Source: Elusimicrobiales bacterium
GTDB lineage: Bacteria > Elusimicrobiota > Elusimicrobia > Elusimicrobiales > UBA9959
Direction of reading: 5' to 3'
Length of the DNA stretch: 64,000 nucleotides
NCBI GenBank assembly: GCA_049972095.1
Contig: JBMFKQ010000002.1
Location: 3,578 to 67,577, forward strand
The notes beneath the pieces are model-generated. The model made no database searches. It was not told where the DNA came from and saw only the letters and a program-made list of their open reading frames with translations. Below are positions 54,318-62,960 of this stretch, in pieces (within the stretch, counting starts at the first letter, position 1; the number at the start of each line of letters is the position of its first letter). Position numbers and translations under genes: made by a program.

Positions 54318-55925
54318 TTACAAACCTATTATGGCTTTTTTTGTACATGCTTTTAAAAACTCAATAAAGATTGGATTTGGTGAAAGTGGGTATGAGTTAA
54401 ATTCGGGGTGAAACTGCACACCTATAAAAAATGGATGTGATGGTATCTCAACTATTTCTACAAGTTTATCCTTTTTATTGAAACCAGATATTCTCATACC
54501 TGCTTTTTCGAATCTTGATATATATTCATTGTTGAACTCGTATCTATGTCTATGTCTTTCAAGTATAAGAGTTTTTGAATATATTCTATAAGCAAGTGTA
54601 TTTTTCTTTATGCTACATGGATAATTCCCAAGTCTCATTGTAGAGCCTTTTTCAACATTTTTTTGTCCTTTCATTAATGTAATTACAGGATGAGGAGTTT
54701 TTGGGTTAAACTCAGTTGAATTTGCATTTGAAAGTTTTAAGACATTTCTTGCGAACTCAATAACACAACACTGCATTCCAAGGCATATACCTAAAAATGG
54801 TATATTATTTTCCCTGGCAATCTTTACTGCATGAATTTTTCCATCTATACCCCTTTCTCCAAAACCGCCAGGAATTATAAGTCCGTCAGATGAATTAAGT
54901 GTATTTTCTATTTTTTTTGTTGTTTCCTCTGTATCAAGATAATTTATATCCACTTTTACACCATTTGAAACACCAGCATGAAAGATTGCATCATTAAGCG
55001 ATTTATATGAATCCTTAAGCTTTGTGTATTTGCCAGCTATAACTACTTTTAACTGATTTTTTGAGCTCATCGTATCTTTTATTCTCATAACAAGCTTCTC
55101 CCAATCAGAGATATCATATCTATTGCTTCTTAGTCTGAGAAGCATAAGTATCTGTTCATCAAGTGACTGTTTTTTAAAAATGAGAGGAAGCTCATAGATT
55201 GTTGATAGATTAGGAGCTTCAATTATTGCCTGAGGGGGAACGGATGAAAAGAGTGCTATCTTCTTTTTTATCTCCTGATTAAGACTTTTTTCAGAACGGG
55301 TTATTATTATATCAGGGTCTATACCTATCTCCCTAAGTTTTGTAACAGAATGCTGTGTTGGCTTTGTTTTAAGCTCATCACTTGAGCTTAGATAAGGAAC
55401 AAGTGTAACATGTATATAGATGACATCCGATAAGTTTCTATCTATCTTCATCTGTCTTGCAGCTTCGAGGAATGGTAGGCTTTCTATATCACCGACAGTT
55501 CCACCTATCTCTATTATTGTTATATCATAGCCTTCTGATAGTTTAATAAATCTATTTTTTATTTCATCGGTAAGATGTGGTATGACTTGAACAGTCTGAC
55601 CCAAATAATCACCCTTTCTTTCCTTTGTTATAACTGCACTGTATATCTTACCTGCTGTTATATTATTTTCAGCCTTTGTTTTGATACCAACAAACCTTTC
55701 ATAATAACCTAAATCAAGATCTGTTTCTGCACCATCTTCAGTGACAAAAACCTCGCCATGCTGAAAAGGGCTCATCGTTCCAGCATCTACATTGAGGTAT
55801 GGATCACACTTTACCATATTTACTGAAAAGCCATGTGATTTTAGAAGTCTTCCTATTGAGGCACTTGTGATACCCTTACCAAGAGAGCTTACAACCCCTC
55901 CTGTTATAAAAATGAATTTAGACAT
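54318..55925 (-). CDS. pyrG: CTP synthase
   Basis: 535 aa with FITGGVVSSLGKGI, the glutaminase GICLGMQ, and HRHRYEFN. Confidence 0.97.
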   Translation of the reverse strand: MSKFIFITGGVVSSLGKGITSASIGRLLKSHGFSVNMVKCDPYLNVDAGTMSPFQHGEVFVTEDGAETDLDLGYYERFVGIKTKAENNITAGKIYSAVITKERKGDYLGQTVQVIPHLTDEIKNRFIKLSEGYDITIIEIGGTVGDIESLPFLEAARQMKIDRNLSDVIYIHVTLVPYLSSSDELKTKPTQHSVTKLREIGIDPDIIITRSEKSLNQEIKKKIALFSSVPPQAIIEAPNLSTIYELPLIFKKQSLDEQILMLLRLRSNRYDISDWEKLVMRIKDTMSSKNQLKVVIAGKYTKLKDSYKSLNDAIFHAGVSNGVKVDINYLDTEETTKKIENTLNSSDGLIIPGGFGERGIDGKIHAVKIARENNIPFLGICLGMQCCVIEFARNVLKLSNANSTEFNPKTPHPVITLMKGQKNVEKGSTMRLGNYPCSIKKNTLAYRIYSKTLILERHRHRYEFNNEYISRFEKAGMRISGFNKKDKLVEIVEIPSHPFFIGVQFHPEFNSYPLSPNPIFIEFLKACTKKAIIGL

Positions 55926-55961
55926 AAATTAACCTCCAAATTATATTATATAAAGCTGAAA

Positions 55962-56705
55962 TCAGATTAAACTATTATCCAAAGCAAATCTTTCTGCCTT
56001 TGCTATGTCATGAGGTGTATCAATGCTTGGCGCTGAATAATCCACTATTTCAGCACCTATGCTCATTCCGCATGCAAGGGCTCTTAATTGTTCAAGTCTT
56101 TCGAGTGTCTCGATAAGTGATGGTGGAGAATCGACAAATTTAAAAAGTGACTCTTTCCTAAATACATAAACACCTATATGTCTATAATAAGGAATAAGAC
56201 TTTTAGTTTCACTAAGATTATGATGATATGGAACAGCAAGCCTTGAAAAATAAATAACACGCTTATTTTCCACCACAGCCTTAACAATATTTTGATCTGA
56301 TATCATTTGTTGGTCTTTTAAAGGTGTTACAGCAGTTGTTATATCAAATCTCAAATCACTTTCTATAAGTTTGAGAGGAAGTTTTATAGCATATGGGGTT
56401 ATAAATGGCTCATCCCCTTGAATATTTATGTATATATCAGCATCCTCTTTTCTTGCCACCTCTGCTATTCTATCAGTTCCAGATCTATGAGTGGGTGATG
56501 TGATGACTGCAGTTATTCCGTATCTATCACACACATTTTTTACCCTTTCATCATCAGTTGCTACAAGAGATTTATCAATCCCATCGATTTTTATTACTCT
56601 TTCCCAAACCCATACGATAAGAGGCTTACCACAGATATGATGTATCACCTTGCCTGGAAATCTTGTTGATGAATATCTTGCAGGTATAATAGCACATACC
56701 TTCAT
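55962..56705 (-). CDS. kdsB: 3-deoxy-manno-octulosonate cytidylyltransferase (CMP-Kdo synthetase)
   Basis: 247 aa with IIPARYSSTRFPGK, NIQGDEP and the RLEQLRAL motif. Confidence 0.93.
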   Translation of the reverse strand: MKVCAIIPARYSSTRFPGKVIHHICGKPLIVWVWERVIKIDGIDKSLVATDDERVKNVCDRYGITAVITSPTHRSGTDRIAEVARKEDADIYINIQGDEPFITPYAIKLPLKLIESDLRFDITTAVTPLKDQQMISDQNIVKAVVENKRVIYFSRLAVPYHHNLSETKSLIPYYRHIGVYVFRKESLFKFVDSPPSLIETLERLEQLRALACGMSIGAEIVDYSAPSIDTPHDIAKAERFALDNSLI

Positions 56706-57703
56706 TTCATTGCTTCCTTAAGCTCGGAGATTGTAACAGATGCAGCTCCTATCTTTGATACGACAATCCCTGCGGCATAGTTTGCAATAATACTAGACTT
56801 CAATATATCACCACAGACTGCATATGATAGTGAAACAACTGATATCACAGTATCGCCTGCACCTGTAACATCAAAAACCTCTTTTGCAACCGTTGGAATG
56901 TGTGTGATATTGATTGAAGATAATCTTTTCTCAAATACACTCATTCCCTGCTCGCTTCTGGTGATGATAAGGCTTGGGAGAGAAAGCTTGTTTATAATCT
57001 CTTTACCTATCTTCTCCACAGCCTTCTCATCAGCGTTTTCAATTCTTCTCATTCCTAAAAATGCCTCATGAAGATTTGGTGTCAGTGATGTAGCTCCACG
57101 GTAAGCCATAAAGTGTTCTATTTTAGGATCAACAAAGACTGCAACATTTTTCTTTTTTGATAGAGATATGCTGAACTCTATTATGTCTTTTGAGAAAATC
57201 CCTTTGCCATAGTCTGAAAGGATTATAACATCAGAATCATCAATAACCTTTTTTATATTTTCTCTAAGCTTGGCTTTGGTTGAGGATGAAAGAATGAGCT
57301 TCTGTTCATTATCAACCCTAACTACCTGCTGATGTTCAGCAACTATTCTTGTTTTTTCTGTGGTTGAATAAGAGTTAATCTCAATAATAAACTCTGTGGA
57401 TACAGAACTCATGGATGAAAGAAGATCTACTAAAGTTCTTCCAGATCTATCACTGCCAACAATGCCTACAATCTTAGCGCTTGCACCTAATGATGATATG
57501 TTTGAACAAACATTTGCTGCTCCACCACATGATATCCTTTCTTTTGTAACCTCAACAACTGGAACAGGGGCTTCTGGTGATATTCTCCTAACCCTGCCAA
57601 ATATATATTTATCAAGCATTACATCACCTATAATTCCAACCTTTATCTTTTTAAATCCATCTATGATAGATGATGCCTCTTTAAATGAAATAATTTTTCT
57701 CAT
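56702..57703 (-). CDS. hldA: D-glycero-beta-D-manno-heptose-7-phosphate kinase (RfaE domain I type, PfkB family), stand-alone
   Basis: 333 aa with GDVMLDKYIFGRVRRISPEAPVPVV and DVTGAGDT. There is no C-terminal adenylyltransferase domain. Confidence 0.8.
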   Translation of the reverse strand: MRKIISFKEASSIIDGFKKIKVGIIGDVMLDKYIFGRVRRISPEAPVPVVEVTKERISCGGAANVCSNISSLGASAKIVGIVGSDRSGRTLVDLLSSMSSVSTEFIIEINSYSTTEKTRIVAEHQQVVRVDNEQKLILSSSTKAKLRENIKKVIDDSDVIILSDYGKGIFSKDIIEFSISLSKKKNVAVFVDPKIEHFMAYRGATSLTPNLHEAFLGMRRIENADEKAVEKIGKEIINKLSLPSLIITRSEQGMSVFEKRLSSINITHIPTVAKEVFDVTGAGDTVISVVSLSYAVCGDILKSSIIANYAAGIVVSKIGAASVTISELKEAMK

Positions 57704-57745
57704 AACTATATTATATTATTTTCCAAATGATGAAATTAAATAAAT

Positions 57746-57753
57746 TGTATAAT
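57746..57753 (+). promoter_or_regulatory. Candidate extended -10 (TGTATAAT) placing +1 on the A of the GT9 start codon
   Basis: The TATAAT ends at 57753 and the ATG is at 57760, which is the canonical 7-nt distance. No Shine-Dalgarno sequence lies between them. Confidence 0.3.
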
Positions 57754-57759
57754 TGATTT

Positions 57760-59220
57760 ATGAAAATTCTCATTATAAGATTATCCTCACTTGGTGATAT
57801 AATACTTACATTTCCTGTTGTCAGGAACATAAAGCTTAATCTACCTTGCGCTGAGATATGGTTTTTAACAAAGAAAAACTTTGCATCTGTTGTCAAAAGT
57901 CATCCAGATATTGGAAGGGTTGTAGAGTTTAAAAGTATAATAATGAGCCTTAAAGAGCTTTCATCTGAAAGGTTTGATTTTATATTTGACCTTCATTCAA
58001 ATTTTAGAAGTTTTATCTTGAGAACTTTTTTAAAGGCTCATAAAAAGATAAGATATAGAAAAGATTCTTTATGGAGACATATTCTTATCAGGTTTAAATA
58101 CATATCACCCAGACTTGAAAAACATGTTGTTGAAAAGTACCTTGAAACACTCAAGATTGCAGGTTTTAAGATATTTACAGATGAGTTGAGTATAAAAGAT
58201 CTAAGGATTAGTCATCAAAAAAAAGAGGTAAAAAAAATCCTTGTTTTTCAAACAGCATTTCTCGGAGATCTTCTTCTCACACTTCCTGTGATAGAGAGGA
58301 TTAAAAAAACCTATCCATCATGTTTTCTTTCCCTTGTAGTAAGAGAAGAAAATCTCAAAGCAGTAGAAGCTATAAAGGAGATAGATCTTATCATACCAGA
58401 TAGGAAAAAAACAGACATAATTCTAAGCTCTTTTGAGCTTATAAAAAAAATAAGACAGATAAACTTTGATATTGCAATTATTCCTCATAGATCTCTTAGA
58501 ACTGCTGTGATATGCTGGCTTGGAAGGATAGATGAAAGGATTGGATTTGATGTAATGCCATCTTCAATTTTTTATACAAAAAAAATTCCTTTTAAATGGA
58601 CTATTCATAATGTTGAAAGGAATATGATGCTTGTTGATTGTATTACAGATACATCCAATATCAGCTTCCCGAAGATAAGAGCTGAATCTAAAGCCTTGGA
58701 AGGTATAACCAGACCCATTATTGTTATAAATCCATTTTCTATATGGAAAACAAAAAGATGGCCAATATACAAATTTGCAGCTCTTATTATGAAGCTTAGA
58801 GAAAATTATAAGACAATGCCATTAATAATAGGAAGCAGTGATGAAAAAGAACAATCCAAGGAACTTGAGAAACTTCTTCCAGAGAACTCTGTTATAAATC
58901 TTTGCGGTAAAACTGATCTCAGCAATCTTATAGATATAATAAAAAGAGCAGATATTCTTATAACCAATGATTCAGGACCTATGCATATCGCAGTTGCCAC
59001 ACAAACCCCTGTTATTGCCATATTTGGACCAACAACAAAAGAGTTAGGATTTTTCCCTTATTCTGATAAATCAGATGTTATTGAGGTCAGATTGAGATGT
59101 AGACCATGCAGTCTTCATGGTTCAAAAAGATGTCCTAATGGCCATTTCCTGTGCATGAAGCTTATAAGTGTAGATAGCGTTTTGAAGGCCACAGAAAAAT
59201 TTCTAAAATATACTTTATGA
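57760..59220 (+). CDS. Glycosyltransferase family 9 (LPS heptosyltransferase-like) with duplicated N-terminal domain
   Basis: 486 aa. The GT9 N-motif occurs twice (KILIIRLSSLGDIILTFPVVRNIK at aa 2, and KILVFQTAFLGDLLLTLPVIERIK at aa 159). A single C-domain has NDSGPMHIA. Confidence 0.8.
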   Translation: MKILIIRLSSLGDIILTFPVVRNIKLNLPCAEIWFLTKKNFASVVKSHPDIGRVVEFKSIIMSLKELSSERFDFIFDLHSNFRSFILRTFLKAHKKIRYRKDSLWRHILIRFKYISPRLEKHVVEKYLETLKIAGFKIFTDELSIKDLRISHQKKEVKKILVFQTAFLGDLLLTLPVIERIKKTYPSCFLSLVVREENLKAVEAIKEIDLIIPDRKKTDIILSSFELIKKIRQINFDIAIIPHRSLRTAVICWLGRIDERIGFDVMPSSIFYTKKIPFKWTIHNVERNMMLVDCITDTSNISFPKIRAESKALEGITRPIIVINPFSIWKTKRWPIYKFAALIMKLRENYKTMPLIIGSSDEKEQSKELEKLLPENSVINLCGKTDLSNLIDIIKRADILITNDSGPMHIAVATQTPVIAIFGPTTKELGFFPYSDKSDVIEVRLRCRPCSLHGSKRCPNGHFLCMKLISVDSVLKATEKFLKYTL

Positions 59221-60020
59221 ATACTGCTTTTATTATTATCTTTGCAATAGCTCTTTATTCAGTTAGATGGACATGGTGGTTAAAAAATAGAAAAGGGCTT
59301 AAGGTTCTTGTATATCACAAGATTGGATATCCACCAAGGGGTTCAAAATTAAAAGATTTATGGGTAACTCCTGAAAGTTTTGAAAAGCAGATATCATATC
59401 TTGTCAAAAGCGGATATAGACTTATTGGCTTTTCTGATCTTAAAGAGATCTATGAGAATTCAAAATCGGTGGATGATATAGTTATTGTAACCTTTGATGA
59501 TGGATATGAGAATAACTATATATATGCCTATCCGATACTTAGGAGATATAGAGCAAAAGGAAATATCTTTGTAGTCTACAATACAATAGGAAAGACAAAT
59601 ATCTGGCATAATCCCGAAACGGAAGCGTGGATAAACATGGCAACAGAAAAACAACTAATAGAAATGGATAAAAGTGGAGTGATAGAATTTGGCTCTCACA
59701 CTATGAATCATCCACAACTTGAAAAAATTCCCTTAGAGGATGCTATATGGGAGATAAAGGAATCTAAAAAACAGCTTGAAAAACTTTTCAATAAACCTAT
59801 TCTTGCCTTTGCATATCCTTATGGAAATGGTGCTTATAATGATAAGATAAGAAAGGTTGTGCTTGAAAACTATATATTTGATTTCAGTTTTAAACAGGGA
59901 ATTACTCCCTGGCCATGGGAAAGGGAAAAAAAATCAATAGAGAGACTTTTTATAAGGCACAATGAAACTCTTTTTGATCTCAAACTTCATATCAAAAAGG
60001 GATTAAGCAGGCTTTTTTGA
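59217..60020 (+). CDS. Polysaccharide deacetylase (CE4/NodB-like), membrane-anchored
   Basis: 267 aa with an N-terminal TM, TFDDGY, HTMNHP and a YPYG motif. Confidence 0.85.
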   Translation: MNTAFIIIFAIALYSVRWTWWLKNRKGLKVLVYHKIGYPPRGSKLKDLWVTPESFEKQISYLVKSGYRLIGFSDLKEIYENSKSVDDIVIVTFDDGYENNYIYAYPILRRYRAKGNIFVVYNTIGKTNIWHNPETEAWINMATEKQLIEMDKSGVIEFGSHTMNHPQLEKIPLEDAIWEIKESKKQLEKLFNKPILAFAYPYGNGAYNDKIRKVVLENYIFDFSFKQGITPWPWEREKKSIERLFIRHNETLFDLKLHIKKGLSRLF

Positions 60021-61090
60021 TGGAGCTTGAAAAGATAAGAAATAGAATAAAGAAAAATGTAGTTGGAAGATTGCTTCTTTCTTTGCTCAGTATAATATAT
60101 TACACTCTTTTTGTTTCAAACAAACTAATAAGAAAAAAGATTATTGGCAGTAAAAAAATTAAAACTCCGATAATATGTGTTGGTAATATCTCAGTCGGAG
60201 GTAGTGGGAAAACAACAGTTGTAAGCAATATTGCAGCTGAGCTTAGTAAAAAAGGGTTCAAGATTGCTGTTGTGATGAGGGGATATAAAAGTCAGTTTAG
60301 AAAAAATGATGTTGTTGAAAGCGATTATGAAAATCTCACCAGCTTTATAAATGATCCTATGGTTTCAGATGAACAAAAGGTCTTATCGCTGATTTTTAAA
60401 GACCAAAGAATACCTGTAATCGCATCAAAAAATCGATTTGCTGCATGCATGAGAGCTGTTGAAAAATATAATCCAGATTTTATAATCTTTGATGATGGCT
60501 TTCAAAATTTTAGCTTCGAATACTTTTTCTCTGTTGTTGTTATAAACCCAAATCAAATAGATGATAAACTTCTTCCTTTTGGTAATCTTAGAGAACCTTA
60601 CAGCGGTGTAAAAAGAGCCGATGCAATAATAATAAATCACTGCGAGCTTTTCGAAGAAAAAATAATTGAGCTAACTGAAAAGAAACTATCTCTCTATGCC
60701 AAAAAAGAAAGGATAATAAGAGGATTCTATGAAATAGAAGGCTTTGAAGATCCAATTGTATCAAAAACATTCTCAAAAAAATTCTTTGCCAATACTCCTG
60801 TAGCAGTTTTTTCTGGAATAGGTGACAACAAACAGTTCATAGAATATATCAGAAAAACCCATGCAAATCCTATCAAGATATGGGAATATCCTGATCATTA
60901 TTCATACACAGAAAGAGATTTGATCTCAATAGAAGAGCTTAGAGAGAGACTACCTCTTATAACAACAGTTAAGGATGCTGTAAGAATCCTTAAATATGTA
61001 AGCAGAATATTTAAAAGAGACTTCTACATAACCATAATAAAAATGAAAACAGAAAAAGACATAACTAAACTTATTCTCAACAAAAGATGA
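60017..61090 (+). CDS. lpxK: Tetraacyldisaccharide 4'-kinase
   Basis: 357 aa with an N-terminal membrane helix, the P-loop VGNISVGGSGKTT, and the DDGFQ motif. Confidence 0.9.
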   Translation: MMELEKIRNRIKKNVVGRLLLSLLSIIYYTLFVSNKLIRKKIIGSKKIKTPIICVGNISVGGSGKTTVVSNIAAELSKKGFKIAVVMRGYKSQFRKNDVVESDYENLTSFINDPMVSDEQKVLSLIFKDQRIPVIASKNRFAACMRAVEKYNPDFIIFDDGFQNFSFEYFFSVVVINPNQIDDKLLPFGNLREPYSGVKRADAIIINHCELFEEKIIELTEKKLSLYAKKERIIRGFYEIEGFEDPIVSKTFSKKFFANTPVAVFSGIGDNKQFIEYIRKTHANPIKIWEYPDHYSYTERDLISIEELRERLPLITTVKDAVRILKYVSRIFKRDFYITIIKMKTEKDITKLILNKR

Positions 61091-62412
61091 AGATAATATA
61101 CAACAAATCTAATCTTTTTAAACCTGCTATTTTTCTTGATCGAGATGGGGTTATAAACAAAGATGCTAAAGGAAAATACATAACATCAATTAAAGATGTT
61201 AAAATATATCCAAGTGCTGTTGAGGGATTAAGAAGAATAAAAGGATATCATCTCATAATATTAACAAATCAGTCAGCTATTGGAAGAGGAATGATGAGTT
61301 TTGAACAATCAGTTGAAATAAATAATTATATTGTAGATACACTTGAAAAAAAGGGTGTGATAATAAATGCAGTTTATTTCTGTCCTCATAAACCTAATGA
61401 AAGATGCATATGCCGTAAACCTCTGCCCGGAATGATAAAGATGGCAATGAAAGACTTTAAGATAAACATTAAAAAATCCATAATTGTTGGGGATAAGGCA
61501 AGTGATATTGAGCTTGGAGAAAACACAGCTATTAGGAGTGTTATGGTTCTTACAGGACAGGGAAGGAAGGAGCTTACAAAACTTAAAAAAAAACCGTTTG
61601 CTGTAATAAAAAATCTAATTTCCCTTAAATCAATAATAAAGCTGCTTTTTTTCTTTGCTGCTATAAATTTTCAAAACGCTGCTTTTGGCAGTGAGTATCC
61701 ATTTGAAAAAATCTTCAAAAAATCTGCTAAAACTTCCATCATCGAAAGATTTGAGTATGATATATACTGGGGTGCAATGAATGTTGGAAGTGCTGTTATT
61801 GAATGGGGGGAAAATTACATAAAGGATGATAGAGATGAAGCCTACATTATAAAATCTATTGCAAGGTCAAATTCATTCATTGATATATTTTTTAAGGTTA
61901 GGGATACAAATATATCATATATATCAACAGATACCAAAAGATCATACGGATATATAAAAGAGATAAAAGAAGGAGGGTTTCAATTTTCAGAATATAGCGT
62001 TTTTGATTATAGTAGCGGTATTTTTTATGGAGAACATTTCTCCAAAAACAAAACCACAAAACACTCAGGAGAGTTAAAAGGCTATGTCTATGATGCTCTA
62101 TCTGCTCTGTTTATGGTTGTTCGCTCAGATGATCCTACTCAAATCAAAAGCATTAATATAGCTACTCGAAAAATCAAAAGTATAAATCTGATATTTCATG
62201 GTATTGAAATGGTGAAAATACCTTTCGGTAAATTTTATGCTTATAAAATTGAACCCACAATAGGAGAAGAGGGGATATTCGTGCCAAAAAAGGGAAGGAG
62301 TATGTATGTTTATATATCAAAGGAAGAAAGATTTCCACTTATGCTTGAAGCGGAGGTTTTTATAGGAAGTGTAAGGGCTGTTCTTGTAAATCATATAGTT
62401 TTCAAGAAATAG
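61087..62412 (+). CDS. gmhB: D,D-heptose 1,7-bisphosphate phosphatase (GmhB, HAD) fused to a signal-like hydrophobic segment and a DUF3108-like domain
   Basis: 441 aa. HAD motif I FLDRDGVIN, the zinc loop CPHKPNERCICRKP, and GDKASD. Then IIKLLFFFAAINFQNAAFG, followed by a beta-rich domain starting FEYDIYWGAMNVGSAVIEW. Confidence 0.75.
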   Translation: MKIIYNKSNLFKPAIFLDRDGVINKDAKGKYITSIKDVKIYPSAVEGLRRIKGYHLIILTNQSAIGRGMMSFEQSVEINNYIVDTLEKKGVIINAVYFCPHKPNERCICRKPLPGMIKMAMKDFKINIKKSIIVGDKASDIELGENTAIRSVMVLTGQGRKELTKLKKKPFAVIKNLISLKSIIKLLFFFAAINFQNAAFGSEYPFEKIFKKSAKTSIIERFEYDIYWGAMNVGSAVIEWGENYIKDDRDEAYIIKSIARSNSFIDIFFKVRDTNISYISTDTKRSYGYIKEIKEGGFQFSEYSVFDYSSGIFYGEHFSKNKTTKHSGELKGYVYDALSALFMVVRSDDPTQIKSINIATRKIKSINLIFHGIEMVKIPFGKFYAYKIEPTIGEEGIFVPKKGRSMYVYISKEERFPLMLEAEVFIGSVRAVLVNHIVFKK

Positions 62413-62438
62413 CTTTAAAATATTATAAAATATTCTCT

Positions 62439-62951
62439 ATGAAAATGGTAAAATTTATATTGCTTATATTTCAGTGTTGTTATGTATTTTCAATGCAATC
62501 ACAGAATTACAGAGTAACCAACTTAACACAACACTCTCTTTCAAACTATGATAAAAAAATATCATATAGCTATGGACTTGATGGAAACCTTATTGATATA
62601 GGCTATACAAGATTTTTATCCTCACTTTATTCTTTGAACTCAGGTATCGTTGCGCTTAACAAAGGACCTGAGGCAGATGTGAGAAATGCATATGTTTTCC
62701 CAAATCCATGCAGTCTTAAAAATGGTTGCAATGCTGTTACATTCGCTAAACTAAGCCTTATATGTGAGATAAAGATATTTAATATAGCTGGTGAAGAGGT
62801 TGTAACACTGAAAAAAAATACAAACTCTGAAAAGCATTCATGGGATCTTAAGGATTCTAATCTACAATATGTGCCAAGTGGACTTTATATTTTTTATATA
62901 AAAGATCCCACTGGAACTGTAAAAAAGGGAAAACTAATTATAATAAGATAG
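62439..62951 (+). CDS. Small secreted protein consisting mainly of a T9SS-type C-terminal sorting domain (Por_Secre_tail / FlgD-Ig-like)
   Basis: 170 aa. Signal peptide, then VFPNPCS....EIKIFNIAGEEVVTL....HSWDLKD.....PSGLYIFYIKD..GTVKKGKLIIIR, matching the classic CTD pattern. Confidence 0.65.
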   Translation: MKMVKFILLIFQCCYVFSMQSQNYRVTNLTQHSLSNYDKKISYSYGLDGNLIDIGYTRFLSSLYSLNSGIVALNKGPEADVRNAYVFPNPCSLKNGCNAVTFAKLSLICEIKIFNIAGEEVVTLKKNTNSEKHSWDLKDSNLQYVPSGLYIFYIKDPTGTVKKGKLIIIR

Positions 62952-62960
62952 GGGGTTTAA

